Shown here: positions 36,485 through 46,804 of the stretch, in pieces
How the letters are laid out: each line of letters begins with the position of its first letter
Numbering within the stretch: position 1 is the first letter of the stretch
NCBI GenBank assembly: GCA_023145615.1
Contig: JAGLDK010000005.1
Span: 1-63,039, forward strand
Source of the DNA: Ichthyobacteriaceae bacterium
GTDB taxonomy: Bacteria; Bacteroidota; Bacteroidia; Flavobacteriales; JADGDT01
Length of the DNA: 63,039 bases
Direction of reading: 5' to 3'
Notes under the pieces: generated by a model
Database searches by the model: none
Seen by the model: the letters and a program-made list of their open reading frames with translations, nothing else
What the model was told of the DNA's origin: nothing
Made by a program: the position numbers and the translations under genes

Positions 36485-36520
36485 AAAAAAAGGGGTAAAC
36501 CAAACAGTTCACCCCTTTTT
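36485..36520. terminator. Terminator for the S41 peptidase gene (bidirectional shape)
   Basis: A7-GGGGTAAAC-N6-GTTCACCCC-T5. Confidence 0.65.
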
Positions 36521-36535
36521 AATATTATAAAAGTT

Positions 36536-38629
36536 CTAATTTAAATCGTGCAATATGTTTACCGATTCTTCAATGTAAGCATCTTTTGTTAAATACTTAT
36601 GCCATCTTTTTCGTTTTCCAGCTAATGACGAATCTAGTTTAACTAGTTCTAATTCCTTTTTTGTTGAAACAAAATCAAGGTTATTATTGTACTCCGATAT
36701 AGGTTTGAATTTTTCTATTTCCATTTCAAACTCTTCGTTTTCTTTGTTGTAAGTATCAATATTAAGCGATGCTTTAACATCTTCCTGACGGCTTTTAAGC
36801 CATTTAGCATTTTCGTCAATCAAAATAAATTGTTCTGATTCCGAAATACGTTTCGCACTTTTCTTTTTAATATTTTTAATATTATTATTTAAGTGCCATT
36901 TCTTGTACTTAAGAGGAGTAATAGTATCCCAAGCCATTGCGTTATCTTGTTCCTTTTCTCCAATATCTAAATACATATATCGGTTTGGTAACTTTACGTC
37001 CGATTCAACTCCCTTTAATTGAGTAGCTCCTCCATTTATTCTGTAAAACTTTTGGATTGTTAACTTTATTGCACCAAGTGGTTTTACATCTAATTTTGGA
37101 TTAATCAAATTGTCTAAATTCCAAATATTCTGCACAGTTCCTTTTCCGTAAGAATGATCGCTACCAATAATAACAGCTCTACCATAATCTTTCATTGCAG
37201 CTGCAAGTATTTCAGATGCCGATGCCGAGTATTGATTAATCATTATAACTAATGGGCCACTCCATAAAACGCTTTTATCTTTATCCTTGTATATCTCAGG
37301 GTCTTTATCTCTCGATTTTACTTGTACAATAGGTCCGTCTTTAATAAATAATCCCGACATTTTTATTGCAGCTTGTAAAGATCCACCACCATTATTTCTA
37401 AGGTCTAGTATAATACCTTCAACACCTTCTTTCTTTAATTTTATTATTTCTTTTTCAACATCATCGGCAGAGTTACGTGCATTTTTATCGTTAAAGTTTA
37501 CGTAAAATTTAGGAAGATTAATTAACCCATATTTAATATTGTTTTTTTGTATAACAACACTTTTAGCAAATGTTTCTTCTATTTCAACAACATCTCGGGT
37601 AATGCTAATTTCCTTTTTGCTACCATTAATTTTCTTAACCAAAAGTTTTACAACAGTACCTTTTTTACCTTTAATTAATTCAACAGCATCATCTAAACGC
37701 ATACCAACAACGTTTACAGCTTCGCCATCGTTTCCTTGAGATACTTTTATAATTTTATCTTCAACCTCTAAATCTCCTTGTTTCCACGATGGGCTACCAC
37801 TTATAACTTCTATAATTGTAATGTAGCTATCTTTAACTTGTAAACGAGCTCCAATACCTTCAAGCTGTCCCGACATACTTTGGTCGAAACGTTTTTTGTC
37901 TTTTGGTGCAAAATAAGTAGTGTGTGGATCGAATTGAGCTGTTAATACATTTAAATAAATCGATAACCATTCATCTCTGGTTAATTCAACCATTCTTTTA
38001 TTAAAAGCCTCTACAGTTTTTAAAACACCTTTTCTAGCTTCTTTTTCAAGTTCTTCATTTGTTTTTACAACATATTCGGGGTTGTCTTTAATTTCTTTTT
38101 CTTGAGTTTCTAAAGCATCAGTATATCTTATTAATACGTTGTACTTTAAGTATAATCTCCAACGCTCATTAAGTTCATTTAAATCTTTTGCAAAATCAAG
38201 CTTATCAACATCCGAAACCAAATATTCATCCTTACTAAAATTCATTGGTTTAGAAAGAATTTCGGTATAAATTTCTTTAGTATTTTCAATACGCTTGTGT
38301 ACATTTTTATATGTTAAATCGAAAAAAGTTAAATCGCCAAATTTTAACTGATCATCAATTAAAGTATTAAAAGGATGGAATTTATCTATGTCAGATTGTA
38401 TAAAATACCTCTTCGAATAATCAAGTCTTTCAATATAACTCTCGTAAAAATCTTCCGAAAATTTATTGTCAAGACTGTGAGGAGCGTAATGTCCTTCGTT
38501 TAAAACATACTGAATAAGCTCAAGTATAACTCTATCTTTATCTGGTTTAGGTTCTAAAAACCCGTAAGTTACTCCTGCAACTACAAGTATTAACGAAAGA
38601 ATTGCTATTCTAAATGATTTCTTCTTCAT
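36536..38629 (-). CDS. Carboxy-terminal processing (tail-specific) peptidase, family S41
   Basis: 697 aa with a signal anchor, a PDZ-like region, and the Ser/Lys dyad context 'QYSASASEILAAA' and 'SYGKGTVQ'. Confidence 0.85.
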   Translation of the reverse strand: MKKKSFRIAILSLILVVAGVTYGFLEPKPDKDRVILELIQYVLNEGHYAPHSLDNKFSEDFYESYIERLDYSKRYFIQSDIDKFHPFNTLIDDQLKFGDLTFFDLTYKNVHKRIENTKEIYTEILSKPMNFSKDEYLVSDVDKLDFAKDLNELNERWRLYLKYNVLIRYTDALETQEKEIKDNPEYVVKTNEELEKEARKGVLKTVEAFNKRMVELTRDEWLSIYLNVLTAQFDPHTTYFAPKDKKRFDQSMSGQLEGIGARLQVKDSYITIIEVISGSPSWKQGDLEVEDKIIKVSQGNDGEAVNVVGMRLDDAVELIKGKKGTVVKLLVKKINGSKKEISITRDVVEIEETFAKSVVIQKNNIKYGLINLPKFYVNFNDKNARNSADDVEKEIIKLKKEGVEGIILDLRNNGGGSLQAAIKMSGLFIKDGPIVQVKSRDKDPEIYKDKDKSVLWSGPLVIMINQYSASASEILAAAMKDYGRAVIIGSDHSYGKGTVQNIWNLDNLINPKLDVKPLGAIKLTIQKFYRINGGATQLKGVESDVKLPNRYMYLDIGEKEQDNAMAWDTITPLKYKKWHLNNNIKNIKKKSAKRISESEQFILIDENAKWLKSRQEDVKASLNIDTYNKENEEFEMEIEKFKPISEYNNNLDFVSTKKELELVKLDSSLAGKRKRWHKYLTKDAYIEESVNILHDLN

Positions 38630-38969
38630 TTACTAGTTTTATTGTTTTTATAAAAATACAAGTATTAAACTTTAATACAATTTTAATACTAATTCCTTAA
38701 ATAAGGCTCAAATATAGGTATAATCTGAAACTGTAACGCTGTATTTATGCCTAACAATGAAAGATACATTATATATATATCCATATTGCATTTTAATTTA
38801 CATTTCGGCAATATCACTTAAGCGATATTTGATTTGGTTATTTAATGGCTTAATAATTGGTTATTTATTATGATAGAATTAGAAGTGAACGAGTTAACAA
38901 AATACATACTATGAAAAAATATATGACTATACATAAATTTATACTAGTGAAGTTTTATTATAACTGAAT

Positions 38970-39009
38970 AACTAACCATCTACAATTAAAAATTAACCAT
39001 TACTTATAA
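38970..39009 (+). repeat. Mosaic intergenic repeat, module B (ACAATTAAARATTAACCATTACTTA)
   Basis: AACTAACCATCTACAATTAAAAATTAACCATTACTTATAA matches 57464-57500 and the reverse complement of 47361-47400. Confidence 0.6.
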
Positions 39010-39147
39010 TATGTATTCTGAACTTCAAATTTTGTAAATTTACACATTATTACTATTGTTTTTTTGATGAACTACTAGTTTAAAGTATGTAGTTGTTTCT
39101 GAATTGATAGGTTACTGTTGTTATTTAAATTTAAAAATATATAGATT

Positions 39148-39927
39148 ATGTCTAACAAACCACTAATACTTATTACAAACGACGATGGAATTACAGCTCC
39201 CGGAATAAGAATGTTAATTTCTGTAATGAACGAACTAGGAGATGTTGTAGTTGTGGCACCAGATAAGGGGCAGTCGGGTATGGGGCATGCTATTACCATA
39301 AATTCAACAATACATATTGATAAACTTACGGTTGAAAACGAGCCTCAAATTGAGTACAGTTGTACGGGTACGCCTGCCGATTGTGTTAAACTTGCTGTTA
39401 GTGAGTTGTTAGATCGTAAACCCGATTTATGTGTTTCGGGTATAAATCACGGGTCAAATTCGGCTATAAATGTTATTTATTCCGGAACTATGTCGGCTGC
39501 AATTGAGGCTGGTATGGAAGGCATTCCTTCAATAGGATTTTCTCTTTTAGATTTTTCGTTGTCGGCTAATTTCGAACCTGCTAGAAAGTATATAAAAAAA
39601 ATAGCAAATAATGTTTTAGAAAACGGATTGCCATCAGGAGTAATTCTGAATGTAAATATTCCGAAACTTGAAGCTGACAAAATACAAGGTGTAAAAGTAT
39701 GCCGACAAGCTAACGCCACTTGGCACGAGGAATTTGATAAACGTATTGACCCACGTGGTAGAACTTATTTTTGGTTAACAGGTAAATTTGTTAACCTTGA
39801 TGAGGGAGAAGATACCGACGAGTGGGCTTTAGAAAACGGATATATATCGGTTGTTCCGGTTCAGTACGATTTAACTGCATATCATGCAATTCAGGATTTA
39901 AATACACGCAACTTAAATGAACTATAA
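39148..39927 (+). CDS. surE: 5'/3'-nucleotidase SurE
   Basis: 259 aa with 'ILITNDDGITAPGI' and 'SGINHGSNS'. Confidence 0.9.
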   Translation: MSNKPLILITNDDGITAPGIRMLISVMNELGDVVVVAPDKGQSGMGHAITINSTIHIDKLTVENEPQIEYSCTGTPADCVKLAVSELLDRKPDLCVSGINHGSNSAINVIYSGTMSAAIEAGMEGIPSIGFSLLDFSLSANFEPARKYIKKIANNVLENGLPSGVILNVNIPKLEADKIQGVKVCRQANATWHEEFDKRIDPRGRTYFWLTGKFVNLDEGEDTDEWALENGYISVVPVQYDLTAYHAIQDLNTRNLNEL

Positions 39928-40201
39928 ACAGTTATTTATTGGAATGATTTTGGGGTTTGTTACTCCAATTTTTGCTTTTTCGGTGTGGGTTACAACTTTT
40001 ACAGATTTCGATGTTCCTAGTGCAATTGATTTTGTAATAAAAAGACGTTTGTATGCTGAGGTGTTAAGTTTATCGGCTATATCAAATATGGTGGTTTTTT
40101 ATTTGTTTATAGAAACCAATAAAGATACTATGGCAAAAGGCGTTATTTTTACTACAATGATTTTAGCGTTTATAGTTTTTGTTATAAAAATGGTAAAGTA
40201 A
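39917..40201 (+). CDS. Small membrane protein (94 aa, 3 predicted TM segments)
   Basis: A hydrophobic ORF that overlaps the surE 3' end by 11 nt. Confidence 0.5.
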   Translation: MNYKQLFIGMILGFVTPIFAFSVWVTTFTDFDVPSAIDFVIKRRLYAEVLSLSAISNMVVFYLFIETNKDTMAKGVIFTTMILAFIVFVIKMVK

Positions 40202-40361
40202 TATATCAGTATTAAAAGTTATTTAAAAATAGGAGGTTCTCTAACTAATGTATAAAAATAGTAGGAGAACTAAAGTTTAACAACCAAGTTAGTTTCTCTT
40301 TATTTTGTACTGAAAGGGCAATTTATCCAAATATAATTCGAACTTGTTTTTAAACTTTACA

Positions 40362-40470
40362 AGTACCATGACACAATTTTTTGTGTATATAAATTTAATT
40401 TAACGAGTATTTATATGTGCTATATAATTAACCATTACTTACCTATAAATGCACATTGATAAATTAACGT
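40362..40470 (+). repeat. Mosaic intergenic repeat, composite of modules D-B-C
   Basis: AGTACCATGACACAATT..TGTGTATA is module D, TATAATTAACCATTACTTA is module B, and GCACATTGATAAATTAACG is module C. It is collinear with 58730-58800. Confidence 0.6.
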
Positions 40471-40477
40471 AGAACGT

Positions 40478-41587
40478 ATGAAATATTATATAATTGCAGG
40501 AGAAGCTTCAGGAGATTTACACGGGTCTAATTTAATGAAGCATTTATTGAAGGAGGATGAAAATGCCGAATTCAGATTTTGGGGAGGAGATTTAATGCTT
40601 GAGCACAGCAATAATATTGTAAAGCATTATAGAGATTTGGCTTTTATGGGTTTTGCCGAGGTGGCAATGAATTTACGTACCATATTAGGAAATATAACAT
40701 TGTGTAAATCTGACTTATTAGAGTATAAACCCGATGTGTTAATACTTATTGATTACCCTGGTTTTAATATGCGTATTGCCGAATTTGCCAAAAAAAATGG
40801 AATGAAAGTATTCTATTATATTGCTCCGCAAATTTGGGCTTGGAAAGAAGGACGAATAAAAAACATTAAAAAGTACGTTGATAAAGTTTTTGTAATTCAG
40901 CCTTTCGAAAAAGCTTTTTATAAAAAACACAATTACGAAGTTGATTATGTTGGGCATCCGCTAGTTGATGCTATTGAAAATAGCGATGCTGTTGATGAAG
41001 ATGCTTTTCGCAAAAAATTTAACTTAAATAGCAAGCCAATTATTGCGGTTTTGCCTGGTAGTAGAAAGCAAGAAATATCAAAATCTCTTCCACTAATGCT
41101 TAGTGTAATGGATAATTTTAAAGATTATCAGTTTGTAATTGCTGGTGCACCATCTCAAAAGTATTCGTTTTATCAAAAATATATTACATCAAACAATGTA
41201 AGTTTTATTGACAATAAAACGTATAATTTATTGCAAATATCTCATGCTGCACTTGTTACATCCGGAACTGCAACTCTTGAGGCTGCGCTACTTAAGGTAC
41301 CCGAAATTGTATGTTATAAAACAAGTAGTATTTCGTATCATATAGGTAAACGGATAGTTAAAATTGACTATATTTCGTTGCCGAATTTAATAATGGATAA
41401 GGCTATTGTTACCGAATTAATTCAGGATGATTTTAACACCGAAAGGCTTACATCAGAATTATCATTAATAATTGAAGGAGATGGTAGAAAAGAAATGTTA
41501 AATAATTTCGATAAATTAACTTCAATACTTGGTGGAGGCGGTGCTTCGGCAAAAGTTGCAAACTTAATTGTTAAATATTTGCAATAA
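40478..41587 (+). CDS. lpxB: Lipid-A-disaccharide synthase
   Basis: 369 aa with 'YYIIAGEASGDLHGSNL', 'IDYPGFN' and 'TSGTATLEAAL'. Confidence 0.9.
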   Translation: MKYYIIAGEASGDLHGSNLMKHLLKEDENAEFRFWGGDLMLEHSNNIVKHYRDLAFMGFAEVAMNLRTILGNITLCKSDLLEYKPDVLILIDYPGFNMRIAEFAKKNGMKVFYYIAPQIWAWKEGRIKNIKKYVDKVFVIQPFEKAFYKKHNYEVDYVGHPLVDAIENSDAVDEDAFRKKFNLNSKPIIAVLPGSRKQEISKSLPLMLSVMDNFKDYQFVIAGAPSQKYSFYQKYITSNNVSFIDNKTYNLLQISHAALVTSGTATLEAALLKVPEIVCYKTSSISYHIGKRIVKIDYISLPNLIMDKAIVTELIQDDFNTERLTSELSLIIEGDGRKEMLNNFDKLTSILGGGGASAKVANLIVKYLQ

Positions 41588-41671
41588 ATAAACAATAAAT
41601 AAACAACGTTACTAATTCTGTATTTTATTACTTTAAAACAAAATACAGAAAACTATACCCACACTTATTTT

Positions 41672-42835
41672 ATGAAACAATTATTAGTTATAATCTTGTT
41701 TTTAGGCATTTACGCTAATGCTATTGCCGATGATGGTAAACTAATGATTCGTTTATTTTCAACATCAATTAGTGCTAGTACTAAGGTTAAGGTTACATCG
41801 GGGCATTACTATTTACTAGCATTATCGAAAAATAAAAAGGTAATTGATACCATTGCAAAAGTAACAAGTGCCAATGGTAATTCTTTATTATTTAATTATT
41901 ATAGATTACGTATAAAAGTACGCAAATCTAATTCCGAACTTGGTTGGTATGGCAATATTGAGTTACGTGCTGCTAATAATAAATCATCGTTTAGTGTGGT
42001 TTACGGAAATGAATTTAAACGTAATTATAACGGATCGTTATTAATATATCCTAAAAAAAAGAATTTAGAGGTAATAAATAAAATTGATATTGAAAGATAC
42101 GTAGCAGGTGTTGTAAAATCGGAAGTTGGAGTAAACAGAAGCGCTGAGTTTTACAAAGTACAATCAATATTAGTTAGAACTTATGCTATTAAAAATAGAA
42201 ATAAATTTATAGCCGATGGTTATCATTTAACCGACGATGTGCGTAGTCAGGTTTATTTCTCGAAATGCGATTTACCTATTATAAATAAGGCTGTTAATAT
42301 TACAAAAGGTAAGGTTGTTGTTGATAAAAAAAACAATTTAATATTGGCTGCTTTTCATGCAAATAGTGGAGGACAAACCATAAATTCAGGAGATGCTTGG
42401 GTTAGAGAATTACCCTATTTGTTATCGAAAAAAGATCCATTTAGTGTGCAAACCGACGAGGGTACTGCTTGGAGTGTTACAATGGATAAAAACGAATATT
42501 TAAACTATTTTTTAAAAAATGCACCGCAGTATTCTAAAAATAAAAAGTTCAAAGAAGCTGTGCTGAATTTCTCTCAAGTTAATAGAAGACCTAATTTTGT
42601 TTACAAAAATTTTAAAATAAAACTAAAAACAATACGTTTACAATTTAAGCTTCGATCTTCATTTTTTAGTGTAATACCTAAAGGAAATAAAGTTGTGCTT
42701 AAAGGAAAAGGATATGGTCATGGAGTTGGTTTATCGCAAGTAGGAGCAAGTAATATGGCCGAGGAAGGATATAGTTATCAGAAAATAATAAAATTTTATT
42801 ACACCGGAGTACAAATTAAAAACTACTCATTATAA
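41672..42835 (+). CDS. SpoIID/LytB-domain protein
   Basis: 387 aa with a signal peptide, 'AAFHANSGGQT' and 'GYGHGVGLSQ'. Confidence 0.7.
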   Translation: MKQLLVIILFLGIYANAIADDGKLMIRLFSTSISASTKVKVTSGHYYLLALSKNKKVIDTIAKVTSANGNSLLFNYYRLRIKVRKSNSELGWYGNIELRAANNKSSFSVVYGNEFKRNYNGSLLIYPKKKNLEVINKIDIERYVAGVVKSEVGVNRSAEFYKVQSILVRTYAIKNRNKFIADGYHLTDDVRSQVYFSKCDLPIINKAVNITKGKVVVDKKNNLILAAFHANSGGQTINSGDAWVRELPYLLSKKDPFSVQTDEGTAWSVTMDKNEYLNYFLKNAPQYSKNKKFKEAVLNFSQVNRRPNFVYKNFKIKLKTIRLQFKLRSSFFSVIPKGNKVVLKGKGYGHGVGLSQVGASNMAEEGYSYQKIIKFYYTGVQIKNYSL

Positions 42836-42885
42836 ATGTAAGTTACATTACCGAAAATTTCAGTTCTATTTTGTTTGTAGTAGGT

Positions 42886-42910
42886 AGCTAAAAATGAGTT
42901 GTTTTTAGCT
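42886..42910 (+). terminator. Hairpin after the SpoIID-domain gene
   Basis: AGCTAAAAA-N7-TTTTTAGCT, with only a weak T-run. Confidence 0.4.
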
Positions 42911-42932
42911 TTCTAAAACCAAACAAATTAAC

Positions 42933-43031
42933 ACATCGTTACCTTGAGAGGGACTTGTGGAATAGAAAGGTGTATCACGACAGAGAAATACTCACTATTG
43001 TCACTATTAACATAGATGTTTCAACTACGTT
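42933..43031 (+). repeat. About 100-nt dispersed repeat, copy A
   Basis: It shares the blocks ACATCGTTACCTTGAG, GAAAGGTRTATCACKACARAKAAATACTC and ATAGATGYTTYAACTACGTT with 48606-48705. Confidence 0.6.
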
Positions 43032-43116
43032 AAACTCTGTTCAACATGATGCTCCTACAATAATTACCTACTATTTTTAACATAAACCAAAATATATTAG
43101 TTCTGAATTTAAGAAA

Positions 43117-43169
43117 CATAAAATGGCAATTTGTAAAACTCATAAGAGTTTGCAAATTGCCATTTTATG
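43117..43169. terminator. Long hairpin downstream of the AddB-like gene
   Basis: Arms of about 24 bp, CATAAAATGGCAATTTG(T)AAACTC / GAGTTTGCAAATTGCCATTTTATG. Confidence 0.55.
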
Positions 43170-43208
43170 TTTTGTATTATTTAATTTGAGATATTAAATT
43201 GATAACAA

Positions 43209-43248
43209 CACATTGTTAATTTAACGAAGTGTTGTTAACCATTATTTA
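43209..43248 (+). repeat. Mosaic intergenic repeat, module C plus a B-like end
   Basis: CACATTGTTAATTTAACGAAGTGTTGTTAACCATTATTTA. It abuts the stop codon of the AddB-like gene. Confidence 0.5.
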
Positions 43249-46053
43249 CAAATCAACATTTTCTTTAAAAGGAAAATCAATGTTCATTATTTCTTCAATC
43301 AAGCTCGATAGCCTTTCTCCGAAACCATTAATATCTTCTGTTTCTAAAATTTGAACTTTGTTTTTTGATAATATTAAAGTATTATTTGAAACTGTGTTTT
43401 TAAGAGAAATTATACCACTTACTAATTCGTTGTCAACAAACTCTGGGAAATTTTGACGTACCATCATAGCATAAGCCATTAATTGCAGTGCTTTAGGTTT
43501 TCCCTCTTCATTGGTAATTTCATCGAATGTTGATATTCCAACATCTTTTGGTTCAACTTTTCCCGATTTATAATCTAAAACACGTACCACACCGTCAAGT
43601 ATATCAATTCTATCAACCGAACCTCTTATTTTTGTTTTTATAATTTGGTTGTTAACTTTTACATCAATACTTGCTGTTAAATCGGCTTCTAACCCAACAA
43701 TTTTAAGACTTCTGCCTCCTTTAATTAATATTAATTCCGACTTTAAAAAGTTACTAACAAAACCTTTTGCAACATTATAAGCTAGTAAGTTTTTTCCATG
43801 AGAAATATCTCCATTTTGATAAACGCTTTGAAATTGAATTTTAGTGTATTTATCAATTAACTTAAACATATTATTAATGTCTTTGTCGGTAATGTATTTA
43901 CTCACAAATGGTTTGTATAGATCTTCTAAAACGCCATGTATTACAGTACCTAGTGTATTTGGCTTTGCAGTTTCTTCTACTTCATTTTGCTCATCTAATC
44001 TTAAAATACGTCGATAATAAAATTCTAACGGATTTCGCATATATAATGATAGGGCAGAAGGAGAGTAACCTCTATCTCCAATTTCAATAAGTCGTTGTAC
44101 TATTTCTTTATTTTTAGGAATTATAATTTCTTTGGTAACAGTAGGCGATGGTTTACTACTCAATAACGATTCGGTAATGTTAAACATACCTTTGGTTTCG
44201 TGTAAAATTTGAGTTATAAATCGGCTTGGTTCTCCTGCTCCAAAATCATCCGATTCGGTATTGTAAAGCAGAAATATATTTTTTGCACGTTGTATTAACC
44301 TATAAAAATGATATGCATATAAGGCATCTTTTTCTTTATAAGTTGGTAACCCTTCCTCTAACTTTAAATCGTATGGAATAAACGAATTTTGACCATCGCT
44401 TGCTGGAATTACTCCTTCGTTTACCGATGTCATTATTATGGTTTCAAAATCTAAAACTCTTGTTTCTAAAACCCCCATTAATTGTAAACCCTCTAAAGGT
44501 TCTCCTCTGAACGATAACGATTCGCTACCCAAAATTTGCTTAAAAAACGAATGCAGAATTTTTACATCTTTAAAAAACGGATAAACCTCGTTGTAAGTTT
44601 TAAGTTGATTAAATATTTGAGAAAATCGGAATAAATACTCTAAATCTAACTCGTAATCTTTAGCGTTTTTTGTATATATAGATTTTACGTAAGTTATAAT
44701 GTTTATTACATTATTAATAGCTGTTGTGCTTTTGTTATCCCACGGGGTAAATATAATTTTAAGTAAATCATTGTCAATAAACTTTAACACATCTTGTTTT
44801 CCAATAAACACCAAGTTGTGGTTGTAAATTTGTTTTATTATATGGCTGGGTGTTTTTTCGGTTTCGGTACTAAAGTGGTTAAGTATTTCGTTTAATAGCG
44901 GGTGTTTTAATACCGAAATAACATCTTTATGATAAAACGGTTTTTTGTTTCCGGTACGTCCAAGTTTTGTGGCTTTATTCTGCATATCGAAAATTAAATC
45001 GAAAAAACCAGCAATTGGAGTACTTTTAATAGGAAACCCCATTGTGATGTTAATCTTATCTAAATTATCGGGCAATGAATTTAACGTTGGAAGCAATAAA
45101 TTTTCGTCGGATAAAACTACCGCAGTGTTTTTAAATAATTGAGATGGAGATTGATTTTGAGAAATATCTTCAAGAATTTGACCTGCCATTTTTGCCTGAC
45201 CAATCATTTTTGGTACACCAATAATTTCTATATTTTTAGGCTTGGAAAAATTATCCTGAATCCAATTAAATTCTTCTGTTTTAAATATATCCCAACTGTT
45301 TTTATGTTTTCTTAAAAACATGCCAGCTTCCTGAACTGGGTTTTTATAATAATAGCTGTCGGCATCCCAATAAATATTTGCTTTTTCAGCATTTAACATA
45401 GCCGTAATAATACTTGTTTCAGCAGAAGTTAACGCATTAAATCCAACAAAGTTAAAATGTTTATCATCGGGTATATTTGTTATAAAATCAGCAATATTGT
45501 TCGATGCATTTCTGAAAGCCATACCCTGAAAAGCGTAAGTTTCGGCATTAAGTGTTTTTTTTAATTCATGATAATATACCTCAAGCTGATTCCAAAAATC
45601 GAGGTAATTTTTCATCAACTTTGTGGGATCGTTCGGAGTCCAACTTTCAATTCGTTTAACATCTCTTAGATTGCTAAACATTTTATCAGAATCAATTAAA
45701 TATCTATCAATTTCGTTGAAATCGAATAACGCAATTGAAGCCCATTTAGAGAACTGATCGAAAGTATCTCTATCGTCGGGGTGTATTTTATTTTTTTCTG
45801 AAACAGAATCGTAAACCTGATAAAACTTAAATAGCAGAGTAATATTATCGAGTATTTTATATCCGCTAATCTCCTCAATAAACTCCTCGATAGTTATTAT
45901 TTTTGGCGACCAAATAGCATGTTCCGATTGCTGATGTATTTCGTTTTTCATGAAAACACCGGCTCTACGAGAAGGTAAAACAATAGTTTGATTTTCTATT
46001 TCCTTGTCTGATTCCAGAATATTAGAAACTACTTGCGATATAAAACTTTGCAT
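43246..46053 (-). CDS. PD-(D/E)XK nuclease-family protein, AddB/RexB-like
   Basis: 935 aa with the C-terminal nuclease motif 'RGSVDRIDILDGVVRVLDYKSGK'. There is no N-terminal Walker A and no C-terminal Cys cluster. Confidence 0.6.
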   Translation of the reverse strand: MQSFISQVVSNILESDKEIENQTIVLPSRRAGVFMKNEIHQQSEHAIWSPKIITIEEFIEEISGYKILDNITLLFKFYQVYDSVSEKNKIHPDDRDTFDQFSKWASIALFDFNEIDRYLIDSDKMFSNLRDVKRIESWTPNDPTKLMKNYLDFWNQLEVYYHELKKTLNAETYAFQGMAFRNASNNIADFITNIPDDKHFNFVGFNALTSAETSIITAMLNAEKANIYWDADSYYYKNPVQEAGMFLRKHKNSWDIFKTEEFNWIQDNFSKPKNIEIIGVPKMIGQAKMAGQILEDISQNQSPSQLFKNTAVVLSDENLLLPTLNSLPDNLDKINITMGFPIKSTPIAGFFDLIFDMQNKATKLGRTGNKKPFYHKDVISVLKHPLLNEILNHFSTETEKTPSHIIKQIYNHNLVFIGKQDVLKFIDNDLLKIIFTPWDNKSTTAINNVINIITYVKSIYTKNAKDYELDLEYLFRFSQIFNQLKTYNEVYPFFKDVKILHSFFKQILGSESLSFRGEPLEGLQLMGVLETRVLDFETIIMTSVNEGVIPASDGQNSFIPYDLKLEEGLPTYKEKDALYAYHFYRLIQRAKNIFLLYNTESDDFGAGEPSRFITQILHETKGMFNITESLLSSKPSPTVTKEIIIPKNKEIVQRLIEIGDRGYSPSALSLYMRNPLEFYYRRILRLDEQNEVEETAKPNTLGTVIHGVLEDLYKPFVSKYITDKDINNMFKLIDKYTKIQFQSVYQNGDISHGKNLLAYNVAKGFVSNFLKSELILIKGGRSLKIVGLEADLTASIDVKVNNQIIKTKIRGSVDRIDILDGVVRVLDYKSGKVEPKDVGISTFDEITNEEGKPKALQLMAYAMMVRQNFPEFVDNELVSGIISLKNTVSNNTLILSKNKVQILETEDINGFGERLSSLIEEIMNIDFPFKENVDL

Positions 46054-46090
46054 ATTTGTTTGTATGTTAATAGTCCGTTACTTTTTAAAG

Positions 46091-46136
46091 TAACACACTG
46101 TACATTGTTAATTTAAATTTTAACGGAGTGTTGTAT
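46091..46136 (+). repeat. Mosaic intergenic repeat, module C
   Basis: TGTACATTGTTAATTTAAATTTTAACGGAGTGTTG matches the reverse complement of 47411-47447 and 60118-60155. Confidence 0.55.
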
Positions 46137-46137
46137 G

Positions 46138-46659
46138 TTAAAGTTGTTCGAAATAAATATCCAACATATTAAACGATTTACCCTTTTCAGGTTGAGTTTC
46201 TGTTAACGGATATCCCATTCCTAAAATACACTCAACTCTAAAATTATCAGGAATATTTAATAGCTTTTTTACGTAATGTTCCGACGATTGATCTTTAATA
46301 TTACGGTTTCGTATTTGTACCCAAGTACTTGCCAAATTATTGTTTACTGCCGAAAGCATTAAGTAAGAAGACGCAATTGAAGCATCTTCAATCCACACAT
46401 CCGACTTTAATTCATCAGCTAAAATTACAATAGCAAGTGCTGAATTATTTAAAAAATTTGCTCCAGAATCTTTACTTTCCGATAATTTATGTAGCATGTT
46501 ATCATTTCGGATAACCACAAACTTTAATGGATATTTTGATTTAGAAGATGGCGTAAATTCAAGTGGTTGCAGTAGTTTCTTTAAAACTTCATCATCAATT
46601 TTTTTATCCGTAAATTTTCTAACACTTCGTCGGTTTTCAATAATATCAATAAAATCCAT
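46138..46659 (-). CDS. Nitroreductase-family protein
   Basis: 173 aa with the N-terminal 'IIENRRSVRKFTDKKI', typical of the family. Confidence 0.75.
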   Translation of the reverse strand: MDFIDIIENRRSVRKFTDKKIDDEVLKKLLQPLEFTPSSKSKYPLKFVVIRNDNMLHKLSESKDSGANFLNNSALAIVILADELKSDVWIEDASIASSYLMLSAVNNNLASTWVQIRNRNIKDQSSEHYVKKLLNIPDNFRVECILGMGYPLTETQPEKGKSFNMLDIYFEQL

Positions 46660-46804
46660 ACAATTTATATAAGAGATTTAAGGTATAACTAAAATAATGA
46701 ACTACGCTAGTAAATATGTAGCTTTGCTACTAATGAACAAGTGAACATTAATAGAACTAATAATGGTTTATGAACATTAAATAATTAACCGTTTAATTTA
46801 ACCA

